NCBI GenBank assembly: GCA_034669045.1
Contig: JAXDOD010000102.1
Span: 12,192-76,191, forward strand
Source: Alphaproteobacteria bacterium
GTDB taxonomy: Bacteria; Pseudomonadota; Alphaproteobacteria; Rhizobiales; Xanthobacteraceae
Length of the DNA stretch: 64,000 bases
Direction: 5' to 3'
Positions 18,479 through 27,483 of this stretch are shown here, piece after piece (position 1 is the stretch's first letter; each line of letters starts with the position of its first letter). The notes under the pieces were generated by a model. The model saw nothing but the letters and a program-made list of their open reading frames with translations. It had not been told where the DNA came from and searched no databases. Made by a program: the position numbers and the translations under genes.

Positions 18479-19045
18479 CTAGGGACAGCCGACCGGACCC
18501 AGAGGAGCATAGAGATTTCTCGGGCTGACGACGGCCAGAATTAGCTTTTTTCCTGCATCGCAAGCAAAACTACCATTGTACCCCATGTTCTTTCCAGACG
18601 AATCCGCAAGCTTGAAATATGCGGCAACATCCGAACGGCTACCGGTGGATACGACGTGCAACAGATTCTTCCCATCACCGAAGAGCAGGATTGTCAAAGG
18701 TCCTCCAGCGGCCTTACTGTCCAAAACCCAGCCCAAGACTTGAACCTGCCCTGAATCAATTCGACGAATTTGATCGACGTTGCCCTTGACGTCGGGGGAT
18801 AATTCCAAACCCGCCGATTTGGCCGCCGATGTCAATGTCGCTTCGTCAGTGACCGTGGACCGGGCTAGCGCCAAGATTTTGTCACCCGATGCCGTTGAAG
18901 TAGTATTTGGCTGTACCTGTTGCGGGCTCCCGCTCTCGCCGGCCTGACGATCCAGAATCCACTGAGTCACAAAAAACGCACCGAGGAGACAAGCCAATCC
19001 CATGCCAATTTTCAGAGCGTTCATGAAAATCCTGTAGCCCACCAA
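18479..19045 (-). CDS. Hypothetical exported / membrane-anchored protein
   Basis: N-terminal signal-anchor (MNALKIGMGLACLLGAFFV), an S/T/P-rich linker and a beta-rich C-terminal domain. I recognise no family. Confidence 0.4.
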   Translation of the reverse strand: MVGYRIFMNALKIGMGLACLLGAFFVTQWILDRQAGESGSPQQVQPNTTSTASGDKILALARSTVTDEATLTSAAKSAGLELSPDVKGNVDQIRRIDSGQVQVLGWVLDSKAAGGPLTILLFGDGKNLLHVVSTGSRSDVAAYFKLADSSGKNMGYNGSFACDAGKKLILAVVSPRNLYAPLGPVGCP

Positions 19046-19185
19046 ATCGAAGTTTCAGAGCTGTGGACGCCACCGCTAGATATTAAATTCGCCGAAACGA
19101 TGTTTGCAACACATAAATTTGCTGTTAATGGAGGCGTCCACACCATAGCGTTGCTGGTGAATCGCTGGACACTCTTACAGTCTGT

Positions 19186-20004
19186 TTGATGTTGGGCGCG
19201 GCAGCGCTTCACGCCTCCTGGCACGCTCTCATCAAGTCTTCTGGCAATCAGCTAACGGCGCTTGCCGGAATGGGCCTGATCAGCGCCATCATTGCAGCCG
19301 CCTTTCTTCCGTTCGTCGAATTGCCGCCGACGGCGATCTGGCCAGTTCTGGCCTTGTCGTTGGTCCTTCATTCCGGCTACCGCTTTTCGCTCGCGTTGGC
19401 TTACGCCGACAGCGATCTCAGCCAAGCCTATCCTCTGGCAAGAGGTCTCGTGCCGATTTTTGCGATGGCAACCGGTATCTGGCTTTTGAGCCAGACGCCA
19501 TCGATGTCACAACTCCTCGGCATCGGAACCATATCAGCCGGCGTGTGCTGGCTGACCAGCGAAGCGGTCCGGAACATCCAGGCCAAGCTGCTGTTGGCGG
19601 CCGCCGGCGTCGGTCTCACGGTGGCGGGCTACTCTGTCCTCGATTCCTACGGCGCTCGCGTGTCCGGCGATTGGATGTCCTACACGGTGTGGCTGGTTGT
19701 CCTCGATAGCGGCACCTTCACGCTTCTGGTCTTTGCTTTGAGGAGGAGACGCTTTCTTGCGGAGCTCGCGGCAATAAAGGAACGAACAGCCATATCTGGG
19801 CTGCTCGGATTAGTGTCGTTCACGGTCTTCATCTGGGCGCTGAGCCGCAACCCGGTCGGCGCCGTATCAGCACTCCGGGAAACCAGCATTCTCTTTGCGA
19901 CGTTGATCGGCATATTCTGGTACAAAGAACGGCTGGACTTTGGTCGGCTCTCGGCTGCCGGCTTGATCACTCTCGGCATCGCCCTTGTCTCAATTTCAAA
20001 ATAG
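19186..20004 (+). CDS. EamA/DMT superfamily transporter
   Basis: Two repeated 5-TM halves rich in G/A/L, with the typical EamA pattern (PLARGLVPIF, ALRETSILFATLIG). The start is TTG at 19186 or ATG at 19189. Confidence 0.75.
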   Translation: MMLGAAALHASWHALIKSSGNQLTALAGMGLISAIIAAAFLPFVELPPTAIWPVLALSLVLHSGYRFSLALAYADSDLSQAYPLARGLVPIFAMATGIWLLSQTPSMSQLLGIGTISAGVCWLTSEAVRNIQAKLLLAAAGVGLTVAGYSVLDSYGARVSGDWMSYTVWLVVLDSGTFTLLVFALRRRRFLAELAAIKERTAISGLLGLVSFTVFIWALSRNPVGAVSALRETSILFATLIGIFWYKERLDFGRLSAAGLITLGIALVSISK

Positions 20005-20133
20005 CCAGTCGGTCCCCCGTTCAAGGCGATCTCCGGAATGGACAATTCTCGAGGTATGGGATAGTCATCGTCCATCGCCAGCGACCTCGGCAAGCACCCG
20101 CAACATCTTGGTTCAACAACAGCAATTGGCCCT

Positions 20134-21240
20134 ATGCGAGTCCGCTACTCCCCCCTTGCGCAACAGTTTGCAGAAGTGGATGAAGTGTTCGATGAATTGC
20201 GCGCACTGGTCGCGAGCGGCGATTTCACGCTTGGAAAACCGGTGCACGAGTTCGAGGCACAATTTGCCGAAACGCTGGGCGTCAAACACGCCGTCGGTGT
20301 AGGTTCCGGAACTGATGCTCTCAAAATTCCGCTGCGAGCGCTCGGCATCGGGCACGGTGACGAAGTCATTACCGCGGCGAATACATTCTACGCAACCGTT
20401 GGAGCTATCGCCGAGGTTGGTGCCAAGCCGGTTTTTGTCGACTGCGACGACACCTTCTGTCTCGACGTCTCCAAGCTGGAACAAGCGATCACACCACGCA
20501 CCAAGGCGCTCATGCCGGTGCATCTCACTGGCGACGTCGCCGAAATGCCGCGCATCATGGATATCGCCCGGCATCACGGATTGCACGTTGTCGAAGACGG
20601 CTGCCAGAGCCTGATGGGCGAGTACAACGGGCAGCGTGTTGGGACTTGGGGTGACGCCACGGCATTTTCGATGCATCCTCTGAAGATCATCAACGTATGG
20701 GGAGACGCAGGAATTGTCGTCACGAACGACGACGAGATGAACCGCCGCGTGCGGCTGCTGCGCAATCACGGACTGCGCAATCGCGACGAAATGGAGATCC
20801 TTGGTTACAATTCGCGGCTCGATTCGACTCAGGCAGTGGTCGGCAAATGGATCGTACGCAAACTGGCCGATATCGTAGAGAAGCGAATTGAAGCTGCGGC
20901 TTATTATGATCGCAGCTTTCGGACAATTCCGCAGATCCGCGTGCCGGTGCGGCGCAATGAGACAAGGCACGTCTACCTGCTTTACATCCTGTTCGTCGAG
21001 GAACGCGACCGCCTCCTCGAATACTGCATTGATCATGGCATCGAAGCCAAGATCCACTATCCAATCCCGCTGCACTTGCAGAAGGCGCTCCAGTATCTCG
21101 GCTATAAGCTTGGTGACTTCCCGGTCGCAGAGCGGCACTGCCGTGAGACCATCAGCTTTCCGGTCGATCAGCATTTGAACAGAGCCGAACAGGACTACGT
21201 GATCGAGACTGTCAGAAACTTTTACCTGGGAAGCAAATGA
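20134..21240 (+). CDS. DegT/DnrJ/EryC1/StrS family PLP-dependent sugar aminotransferase
   Basis: FEAQFAETLGVKHAVGVGSGTDAL, AFSMHPLKIINVWGDAG (lysine region), NSRLDSTQA and HYPIPLHLQ. Confidence 0.9.
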   Translation: MRVRYSPLAQQFAEVDEVFDELRALVASGDFTLGKPVHEFEAQFAETLGVKHAVGVGSGTDALKIPLRALGIGHGDEVITAANTFYATVGAIAEVGAKPVFVDCDDTFCLDVSKLEQAITPRTKALMPVHLTGDVAEMPRIMDIARHHGLHVVEDGCQSLMGEYNGQRVGTWGDATAFSMHPLKIINVWGDAGIVVTNDDEMNRRVRLLRNHGLRNRDEMEILGYNSRLDSTQAVVGKWIVRKLADIVEKRIEAAAYYDRSFRTIPQIRVPVRRNETRHVYLLYILFVEERDRLLEYCIDHGIEAKIHYPIPLHLQKALQYLGYKLGDFPVAERHCRETISFPVDQHLNRAEQDYVIETVRNFYLGSK

Positions 21241-22349
21241 TGACAGAGTTCAAGGTGCCCTTTATCGACCTTCAACAGCGGTTCGTCGAAGAAAAAACGG
21301 AACTCCTTGCCTGCATCGAGCGCATACTTTCGCAGGGCCACTTCGTACTGACGCAGGAGGTAGGCGAGTTCGAGCAACGCATCACCGAATTCACGGGCGC
21401 GAAACACTGTGTGAGTTGCGGCAACGGTACCGACGCTCTCATGCTCGGGCTGTGGGCGCTCGGGGTCGGCAAGGGTGACGAAGTCATTACCACGCCGATT
21501 TCATTCGTCGCTTCGACCGGATCGATCGTGCACGTCGGAGCGACTCCCGTTTACGCCGATGTCCGCGAGGACCAGAACATCGATCCGGCAGAGATCGAGA
21601 AGAAAATCACGTCGCGCACCAAGGCTATCATGCCCGTGCATTGGGCCGGCCGCATTGCCGATATGGATGCGATCATGGAGATTGCGCGCCGCCACAATCT
21701 TTTGGTGATCGAGGACGCGGCGCAATCGATGGGGGCCTTCTACAACGGGCGTCACGGCGGTACATTTGGAAATGTCGGGACGTTTTCGGCACACCCGCTC
21801 AAGAATCTGAATGCGCTGGGCGATGGCGGATTTCTGGTGACCGACGACGATGAAGTGGCAAGGAAGATCCGGCTCTATCGCAACCACGGCCTGCAGGATC
21901 GTGATACCTGCGTCCTTTATGGGGTCAATTCGCGGCTGGATTCCCTGAATGCGGAAGTGCTGATGTTCCGGCTTGGCCGCTTACACGAAGTGATCGAGCG
22001 ACGCAGGCACAACGTGAACCTCTATCGCTCGCGCATCAGGGCGAAAGAAATCTATATCCCGCCGTGCAAGGAATCTGAGAAGAACGCGTTCGTCATGTTG
22101 ATCACTCAGGCTGAACGCCGCGACGAGCTGCAGATTTTCCTGCAAAAGCGCGGCATTCAATCGCTGGTCTATTATGGAACGCCCTTGCATCTGCATCCCG
22201 CCGCGCAGAAATTCGGCCACAAGCGGGGCGATTTTCCAAAAGCCGAGCAGCAGGCCGACCGCGTTCTTGCGCTGCCTCATCACCAGCAACTTTCGGCGGA
22301 TCAGATCGCGTACGTGGCGGACGCCGTGAACGAATTCTATCGCGCATGA
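21237..22349 (+). CDS. DegT/DnrJ/EryC1/StrS family PLP-dependent sugar aminotransferase (second, tandem paralog)
   Basis: FEQRITEFTGAKHCVSCGNGTDAL, FSAHPLKNLNALGDGG, NSRLDSLNA and YGTPLHLHP. Overlaps the upstream stop. Confidence 0.9.
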   Translation: MMTEFKVPFIDLQQRFVEEKTELLACIERILSQGHFVLTQEVGEFEQRITEFTGAKHCVSCGNGTDALMLGLWALGVGKGDEVITTPISFVASTGSIVHVGATPVYADVREDQNIDPAEIEKKITSRTKAIMPVHWAGRIADMDAIMEIARRHNLLVIEDAAQSMGAFYNGRHGGTFGNVGTFSAHPLKNLNALGDGGFLVTDDDEVARKIRLYRNHGLQDRDTCVLYGVNSRLDSLNAEVLMFRLGRLHEVIERRRHNVNLYRSRIRAKEIYIPPCKESEKNAFVMLITQAERRDELQIFLQKRGIQSLVYYGTPLHLHPAAQKFGHKRGDFPKAEQQADRVLALPHHQQLSADQIAYVADAVNEFYRA

Positions 22350-23050
22350 GGTCGTGGCGTGACCACGTCTCGGTCCTGGTCATTGCGCCGCACGCTTTGG
22401 ATGAGGTGCTCGGGTGCGGGGGAACGATTGCCGTCCACGCCGCTGCCGGGTCACAGGTTCATATCCTCGTTTTGTGCGGCGACGGCACCGGTCATGACGC
22501 CAGGCGCCGAGATGCGGCGCGGCAGGCCGCGGACCTGCTCGGTGCGCAGCCTCCGTGTTTCGCGGGATTTCCGGAAAATCGCAGCGATACCGTGCCGCTC
22601 TGCGAAATGGTCGGAGTTATCGAGCGTGCGGTTTCCCAACTGAGACCGAGCGTTGTGTACGTAAGCAATGGCAGCAATCTCAATATCGATCATCAAACCG
22701 CATTTCGTGCCGCTGCCACCGCTCTGCGTCCTGTCCCTGACAGCCCCGTGGTCGAATTCTACGGCTATGAAATTCCTTCCAGCACCGATTGGGCTCCGCC
22801 CGGTCTGGGCAATGCATTTCATCCCTCGCGCTTTATCGAGATCACGACGGTTCTGAGTCGCAAACTCAAGGCGCTCGAAGCTTATTCTTTCGACATGAGA
22901 GCCGAGCCGCACGCACGATCACTCGCCTCGCTGAAGAATCTCGCCCACGCTCGAGGGGCGACGGTGGGCGTTTCGGCGGCCGAGGCATTCACTGTTCTGC
23001 GGGTAGTCGTACGCGAGGTTGAGGTAACGCCCCCCGCATCGGTGGAATGA
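22346..23050 (+). CDS. PIG-L / LmbE family N-acetylsugar deacetylase
   Basis: VIAPHALDEVLGCGGTIA (a variant of the family AHPDDE..GxGG motif) and a downstream HxxH-type region (NIDHQTAF). ATGA overlap with the upstream gene. Confidence 0.75.
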   Translation: MRSWRDHVSVLVIAPHALDEVLGCGGTIAVHAAAGSQVHILVLCGDGTGHDARRRDAARQAADLLGAQPPCFAGFPENRSDTVPLCEMVGVIERAVSQLRPSVVYVSNGSNLNIDHQTAFRAAATALRPVPDSPVVEFYGYEIPSSTDWAPPGLGNAFHPSRFIEITTVLSRKLKALEAYSFDMRAEPHARSLASLKNLAHARGATVGVSAAEAFTVLRVVVREVEVTPPASVE

Positions 23051-23098
23051 TACATTTCACCAATCGCCGCATGGCAGATCGTGAACTGAGTGCGGACT

Positions 23099-23800
23099 TC
23101 ACAGCAACTTGCAAGCCCGCGCCCGAGCTATGGCTGTCGTGGTGGGGCCATCGCAGATGGTCCCGTCAAGCAACAACTCGTCAATTTGATTGTTCGATAT
23201 GATTCGAATGCCGTCAATTCCCTCGCTCGCTTGCGGCTCACCAGTGTTGGTGATCCGAGCCGCAAAGACATGCAGGTTTTCCGACGTGAGTGCAGTGCTT
23301 GTATAAACACGCCCAAGAGGAAACAATTCGGCGACCACCGCGCCCATTTCCTCGTCAAGTTCGCGTCGCGCCTCCTCGCCTGGGTCGGCTCCCGGAGGAA
23401 TCAGTCCTTGTGGGGCCTCGAAGAACCACCGGCGCGGCGCGTGTCGAAAAATATGAATAAGAGCAATCGCTCCGTCGAGAATAGGTAGCACTACCGCTCC
23501 TTCGGTCGTCACGATGCGGTTATAGAGACCGAGACGTCCATCGGAAAACCTGACGGCATCGCGCACGACGTAGCCAATAAAATGATCCTCCGCCAACAGC
23601 CCGACACGCAAGTCGGCCGTGGTATGACCAGCTTGCTTTCGTTCGGAGTGGACATGCTTCTGGGCTTCGGAAATCTTCGCAGGATCGAGGAGGATCTCTA
23701 TCGGACAACCCGTCGGGTTGCTGAACAGCTCCGGTTTGATCGAAAAGAGCCTGCGGTATTGATCAAGGAAGAACTCGTCGTCGTGCATCGGCGCCTTCAT
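23099..23800 (-). CDS. Nudix hydrolase
   Basis: Nudix box QGLIPPGADPGEEARRELDEEMGAV (REUxEExGU core is intact). Confidence 0.8.
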   Translation of the reverse strand: MKAPMHDDEFFLDQYRRLFSIKPELFSNPTGCPIEILLDPAKISEAQKHVHSERKQAGHTTADLRVGLLAEDHFIGYVVRDAVRFSDGRLGLYNRIVTTEGAVVLPILDGAIALIHIFRHAPRRWFFEAPQGLIPPGADPGEEARRELDEEMGAVVAELFPLGRVYTSTALTSENLHVFAARITNTGEPQASEGIDGIRIISNNQIDELLLDGTICDGPTTTAIARARACKLL

Positions 23801-23803
23801 GAT

Positions 23804-23980
23804 CTACTGCTGCTGAGTCGCGACACCGGCCTGCTTTTTTTTGTCCTTTCGGCGCAATTTCAAAATCAGCAAATCAAAACCCAATTTGCATGCGGCAATC
23901 GTCAGGACTGCCAGCCCGCTAAACAGCGCTATCAACATCAATAGTGCCATTCCGATGGCAAACATATCGTCCATGTTCAT
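23804..23980 (-). CDS. Small single-pass membrane protein (about 58 aa), hypothetical
   Basis: MNMDDMFAIGMALLMLIALFSGLAVLTIAAC... followed by a polybasic tail RRKDKKKQ. It sits between the AlgJ-like gene and the Nudix gene on the same strand. The ATG at 23980 avoids overlap with the upstream stop. It is short, so the coding call is uncertain. Confidence 0.35.
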   Translation of the reverse strand: MNMDDMFAIGMALLMLIALFSGLAVLTIAACKLGFDLLILKLRRKDKKKQAGVATQQQ

Positions 23981-23988
23981 CCTTTGGG

Positions 23989-25017
23989 TCAACTCTTGGG
24001 AATGCAAGAAGCGTAACGTTCGGTGGGGGCAAATACAACGATATCGGGATTGTGTGACAAGACGTCGCTCAGATCAAATGCACAGCGGGCATGATACATC
24101 CACACCAGCCTTCCTCCGTTGACCCAAATAGAGGGGAAGTAATTCTGTGTGAAAGAATCGCCGATGACAAGCACCGTGGGAGCGTCTAGACGCTCATAGG
24201 TGGATAGATCGAAAATCGGCTGATGGTCACGAACGTCGTTCGCCACCCCAAGAAATCGCGCGAGATCACCGCCGTTCCTTTCGCGGTAACCCTGGAACGA
24301 GCGATTGATGTCGATTCTCCACTCCGGGTGGCCCAGGGCCGCAACGATTTCGTCGCGCGTGACCGCTGCTCCGAACCCGTTCCAGTGCGTATCGGTGCGT
24401 AGATAGACCGGGTTCAGGGCGTTCGCCGCCAAGAGCGCGGGACGAACATCCAGTACCGGCACGCCGCGCTCAGAGAGTAGCTTCAGGGTAATGTCGTATT
24501 CAGTGATGTTTGACGGGTTGGACGCCCAGAGCGGCAATTTATCGAGGCTGATCGTTGATTTGTTTGGAACAATGGTCAGAAGAAATTTGATATTCCTTTC
24601 TGACAACTGCCTGTGGAGGTTTGCGACGAAATCCGAAAACGGACGCAAGATCTGCATGCGAGCCACAAGGCCCAGGGATTGTTCGAGCGCTTCGTCTCCG
24701 ACATAGAACAGCCAATGATCTCGCCCAATGACAACGAGCCGGTTGGTTGGGGAGGATAGAGCGTAGCGAACAAGGGCATTTGCGTGGATGATCTGGTCAC
24801 GAAAACCGAAATGATCGGAAAGGAATCCATCAATTGCCCGGGGAAGCGCAACCCAATTATCCCACGATTGTGGAAAACTCGGCAGGCGGCGAAGATTGCG
24901 CGCCTCCGCGCTTGAAGTCCGTTCAAGCGGTCTCGTTATTTGTCCAAAGAGCGGAAACAACAGGAGGCCGACGACAATGACGATCCATCCGCGGCGATGG
25001 CGAGCGAGAATGCCCAT
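23989..25017 (-). CDS. AlgJ/AlgX-type (SGNH-like) polysaccharide O-acetyltransferase component
   Basis: N-terminal signal anchor, the YLRTDTHWN (DxHW) motif and the VIGDSF motif characteristic of the AlgJ/AlgX family. It lies directly downstream of an MBOAT gene. Confidence 0.75.
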   Translation of the reverse strand: MGILARHRRGWIVIVVGLLLFPLFGQITRPLERTSSAEARNLRRLPSFPQSWDNWVALPRAIDGFLSDHFGFRDQIIHANALVRYALSSPTNRLVVIGRDHWLFYVGDEALEQSLGLVARMQILRPFSDFVANLHRQLSERNIKFLLTIVPNKSTISLDKLPLWASNPSNITEYDITLKLLSERGVPVLDVRPALLAANALNPVYLRTDTHWNGFGAAVTRDEIVAALGHPEWRIDINRSFQGYRERNGGDLARFLGVANDVRDHQPIFDLSTYERLDAPTVLVIGDSFTQNYFPSIWVNGGRLVWMYHARCAFDLSDVLSHNPDIVVFAPTERYASCIPKS

Positions 25018-25020
25018 CGC

Positions 25021-26463
25021 TCAAAACCTGAAATATAGAAATGGGCTGTACGATCCGGCCGCGATCGCGAAACCGGACAAGACGAAAAAAGTCGTGATGA
25101 TGAGCGAATCGGTCGCCGCCAGGACCGGCTGCTGAAGCCGCAGAGGAACATAACGTTTTAAATGCATTTTGGTCCCGTCCCAGGCTGTGACCGCGAGCAT
25201 TGCACCAATTACCATGGCACCCAACGTAACTGGATACAAAGTTAGATTTGTCGAGAAGCTGATCGGTCCCAGCCCATGGAGTCCAATCATGCCGCTGAAC
25301 ATATCCAGCGCGCCAGACATGTCCTTAGCGCGGAACCAGACCCATCCGGACATGACCACGAGCATGGCATAGAGCCAGGAAACAGTTGCGGGCACAACTC
25401 TCAGCAACCGCGAAACGCCGGCGCGTTCGATGACCAAAAAGAAGCCGTGGTGAATGCCCCAGACCACGAAATTCCAACTTGCTCCATGCCACAGTCCGCA
25501 TAGGAAGAACACCGTGCAGAGATTTGCATAGGTTCGAAATTCGGAGCCCCGGTTGCCCCCCAATGGAATATAGACATAGTCGCGAAACCAAGCCGACAAG
25601 CTGATGTGCCAACGGCGCCAGAATTCAGTTATCGAACGAGACGTGTAGGGAAGGCGAAAGTTACGCGGGAAGCGGATGCCGAGCCCCAGTGCGAGGCCGA
25701 CAGCCATGTTTGAGTAGCCCATAAAATCGAAATAGATCTGCAAGGTGTATGCCGCGAGCCCAAGCCAAGCCTCCATAAGGGTGACGGCCTGGGTGTGACT
25801 GAAGACAGACTCGGCAATGCGAGCCGTCTCATCGGCAATCAAAACCTTTTGTGCCAAGCCGATGATGAATATCCGCATGCCAGCGGAGGCTCGGCCCATT
25901 GTCGTTCTGCGTTCCCGCAGTTGCCGGTACACCGTGTTGTAACGGACGATCGGTCCTGCCACCAGTTGCGGGAACATCGACAGATAGACGGCTGCTTCCA
26001 GCGGGTCGCGATTGGCGACAACTTTTCGACGGCTGATGTCGATCAAGTAGGAAATGGAGTGAAAGGCAACAAAAGAAATGCCTAGCGGCAATGGGATTCC
26101 TAGAATGCCGATGCTTTTTGGGGGGCTCAGTACGGTGCTGTTAAGAGTTTGAATGAAGAAATCTGCATATTTGAAAATACCGAGCGCCACGAGATTAAGT
26201 ATCACGCCAACGGCCGTTGCCGCCGTTCTCTGCCAGCCTTCGAGGGGATCAATGACAAGTGCGATGCCGTAATTGGAAAAAATCATCAGCAGCATGAAAG
26301 CGACGAACCAGGGCTCACCCCATGCATAAAAAAGCAAGGACGCCAGCAACATGAACAGATTCTTCGTGTAAGTCGTCGGCAGCATGAAATAGACGGTCAG
26401 GAAAACAGGCAAGAAATAAAACAAGAAAATAATGGAAGAAAATACCACGCCGCTCCCCACCAC
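25021..26463 (-). CDS. MBOAT family membrane-bound O-acyltransferase (AlgI/PatA/DltB-like)
   Basis: FWRRWHISLSAWFRDYVYIPLGGNRG and LWHGASWNFVVWG (conserved His region); polytopic. Confidence 0.9.
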   Translation of the reverse strand: MVGSGVVFSSIIFLFYFLPVFLTVYFMLPTTYTKNLFMLLASLLFYAWGEPWFVAFMLLMIFSNYGIALVIDPLEGWQRTAATAVGVILNLVALGIFKYADFFIQTLNSTVLSPPKSIGILGIPLPLGISFVAFHSISYLIDISRRKVVANRDPLEAAVYLSMFPQLVAGPIVRYNTVYRQLRERRTTMGRASAGMRIFIIGLAQKVLIADETARIAESVFSHTQAVTLMEAWLGLAAYTLQIYFDFMGYSNMAVGLALGLGIRFPRNFRLPYTSRSITEFWRRWHISLSAWFRDYVYIPLGGNRGSEFRTYANLCTVFFLCGLWHGASWNFVVWGIHHGFFLVIERAGVSRLLRVVPATVSWLYAMLVVMSGWVWFRAKDMSGALDMFSGMIGLHGLGPISFSTNLTLYPVTLGAMVIGAMLAVTAWDGTKMHLKRYVPLRLQQPVLAATDSLIITTFFVLSGFAIAAGSYSPFLYFRF

Positions 26464-26511
26464 CGCCGGTGCGCGAGCACCCTACCGCCGAACAGATAAC
26501 AAGACAACCTG

Positions 26512-26576
26512 GAAATTCCGCAGAAAGAAATTCCGACAAAAATGCGTGCGCATTACCGACTGCCGGAATGTTCCGG
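26512..26576. promoter_or_regulatory. Repeat cluster upstream of the MBOAT operon: GAAATTCCG x2 (26512-26520, 26527-26535) and inverted repeat CCGGAA-TG-TTCCGG (26563-26576)
   Basis: Read directly from the sequence. It lies in the 150-nt gap between the rmlA stop and the MBOAT start on the minus strand. Confidence 0.2.
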
Positions 26577-26613
26577 GACCGGGTCATCGCCGCGACCGAG
26601 GGCAGTCGGCTCC

Positions 26614-27483
26614 CTACAAACTTTTTACGATGCGATGGAGATAGCTCGCGTAGCTGCTCTTGCCGGGGGTCCTCAACAATGGGTCGATCTGATCAATCGT
26701 GACATAGCCTAGCCGTAGCGCAATCTCCTCAGGGCAGGAGATCTTCAGGCCTTGACGGCGCTCCAGGGTCGCCACGAATTCGGATGCTTCGAGAAGCGAG
26801 TCTATGGTGCCGGTATCGAGCCAGGCATAGCCGCGTCCCATCTGCTCGACGTGGAGGTCGCCGGCTTCGAGATAGCGGCGATTGACGTCGGTAATCTCCA
26901 GCTCACCCCGACCTGAAGGTTTCACTTCTGCAGCGTAGCGGACAACCGAATTGTCATAGAAGTAGAGCCCGGTGACTGCCCAGTTGGATTTCGGCTGGGC
27001 TGGTTTTTCCTCGATCGATATCGCTTTTCCAGAAGAATCGAATTCGACCACTCCGTAGCGTTTTGCATCGAGCACCTCATAAGCGAACAAGGTGGCCCCA
27101 GCCTGACGCTGTTTGGCTGAGTTCAGAAGCTCCGGCAGGCCGTGGCCATGAAAGATATTGTCGCCGAGGATGAGCGCACATCGGTCCGAGCCGATGAAGT
27201 CGCGTCCGATAATGAAGGCTTGGGCCAGACCTTCCGGCTGCGGTTGCGCTGCATAGCTGATCGACACGCCGAAATGCCGCCCGTCGCCTAATAGCGCTTG
27301 AAACAGAGCTTGGTCGTGTGGCGTCGTGATAACGAGGATGTCACGGATTTCAGCAAGCAACAGAACCGACAGAGGATAATAGATCATCGGCTTGTCGTAG
27401 ACCGGCAATAATTGCTTGGAAACGGCAACGGTGATCGGATATAGACGCGTGCCGCTCCCGCCCGCCAAAATAATCCCCTTCAT
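26614..27483 (-). CDS. rmlA: Glucose-1-phosphate thymidylyltransferase
   Basis: [18 protein letters not shown]...[17 protein letters not shown], with near-canonical RmlA sequence throughout. Confidence 0.95.
   Translation of the reverse strand: MKGIILAGGSGTRLYPITVAVSKQLLPVYDKPMIYYPLSVLLLAEIRDILVITTPHDQALFQALLGDGRHFGVSISYAAQPQPEGLAQAFIIGRDFIGSDRCALILGDNIFHGHGLPELLNSAKQRQAGATLFAYEVLDAKRYGVVEFDSSGKAISIEEKPAQPKSNWAVTGLYFYDNSVVRYAAEVKPSGRGELEITDVNRRYLEAGDLHVEQMGRGYAWLDTGTIDSLLEASEFVATLERRQGLKISCPEEIALRLGYVTIDQIDPLLRTPGKSSYASYLHRIVKSL

Noticed and set aside
18047-18544. A 165-aa + strand ORF and a 137-aa minus-strand ORF in the 18074-18478 gap.
   Set aside because: The translations are Arg-rich and low in complexity, with no motif and no ribosome-binding context. 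I treat the region as non-coding or regulatory.
23051-23098. A possible hairpin terminator (GTGAA-N12-TTCAC) between the convergent PIG-L and Nudix genes.
   Set aside because: The stem is only 5 bp, with a large loop and no U-tract. That is too weak to call an intrinsic terminator.
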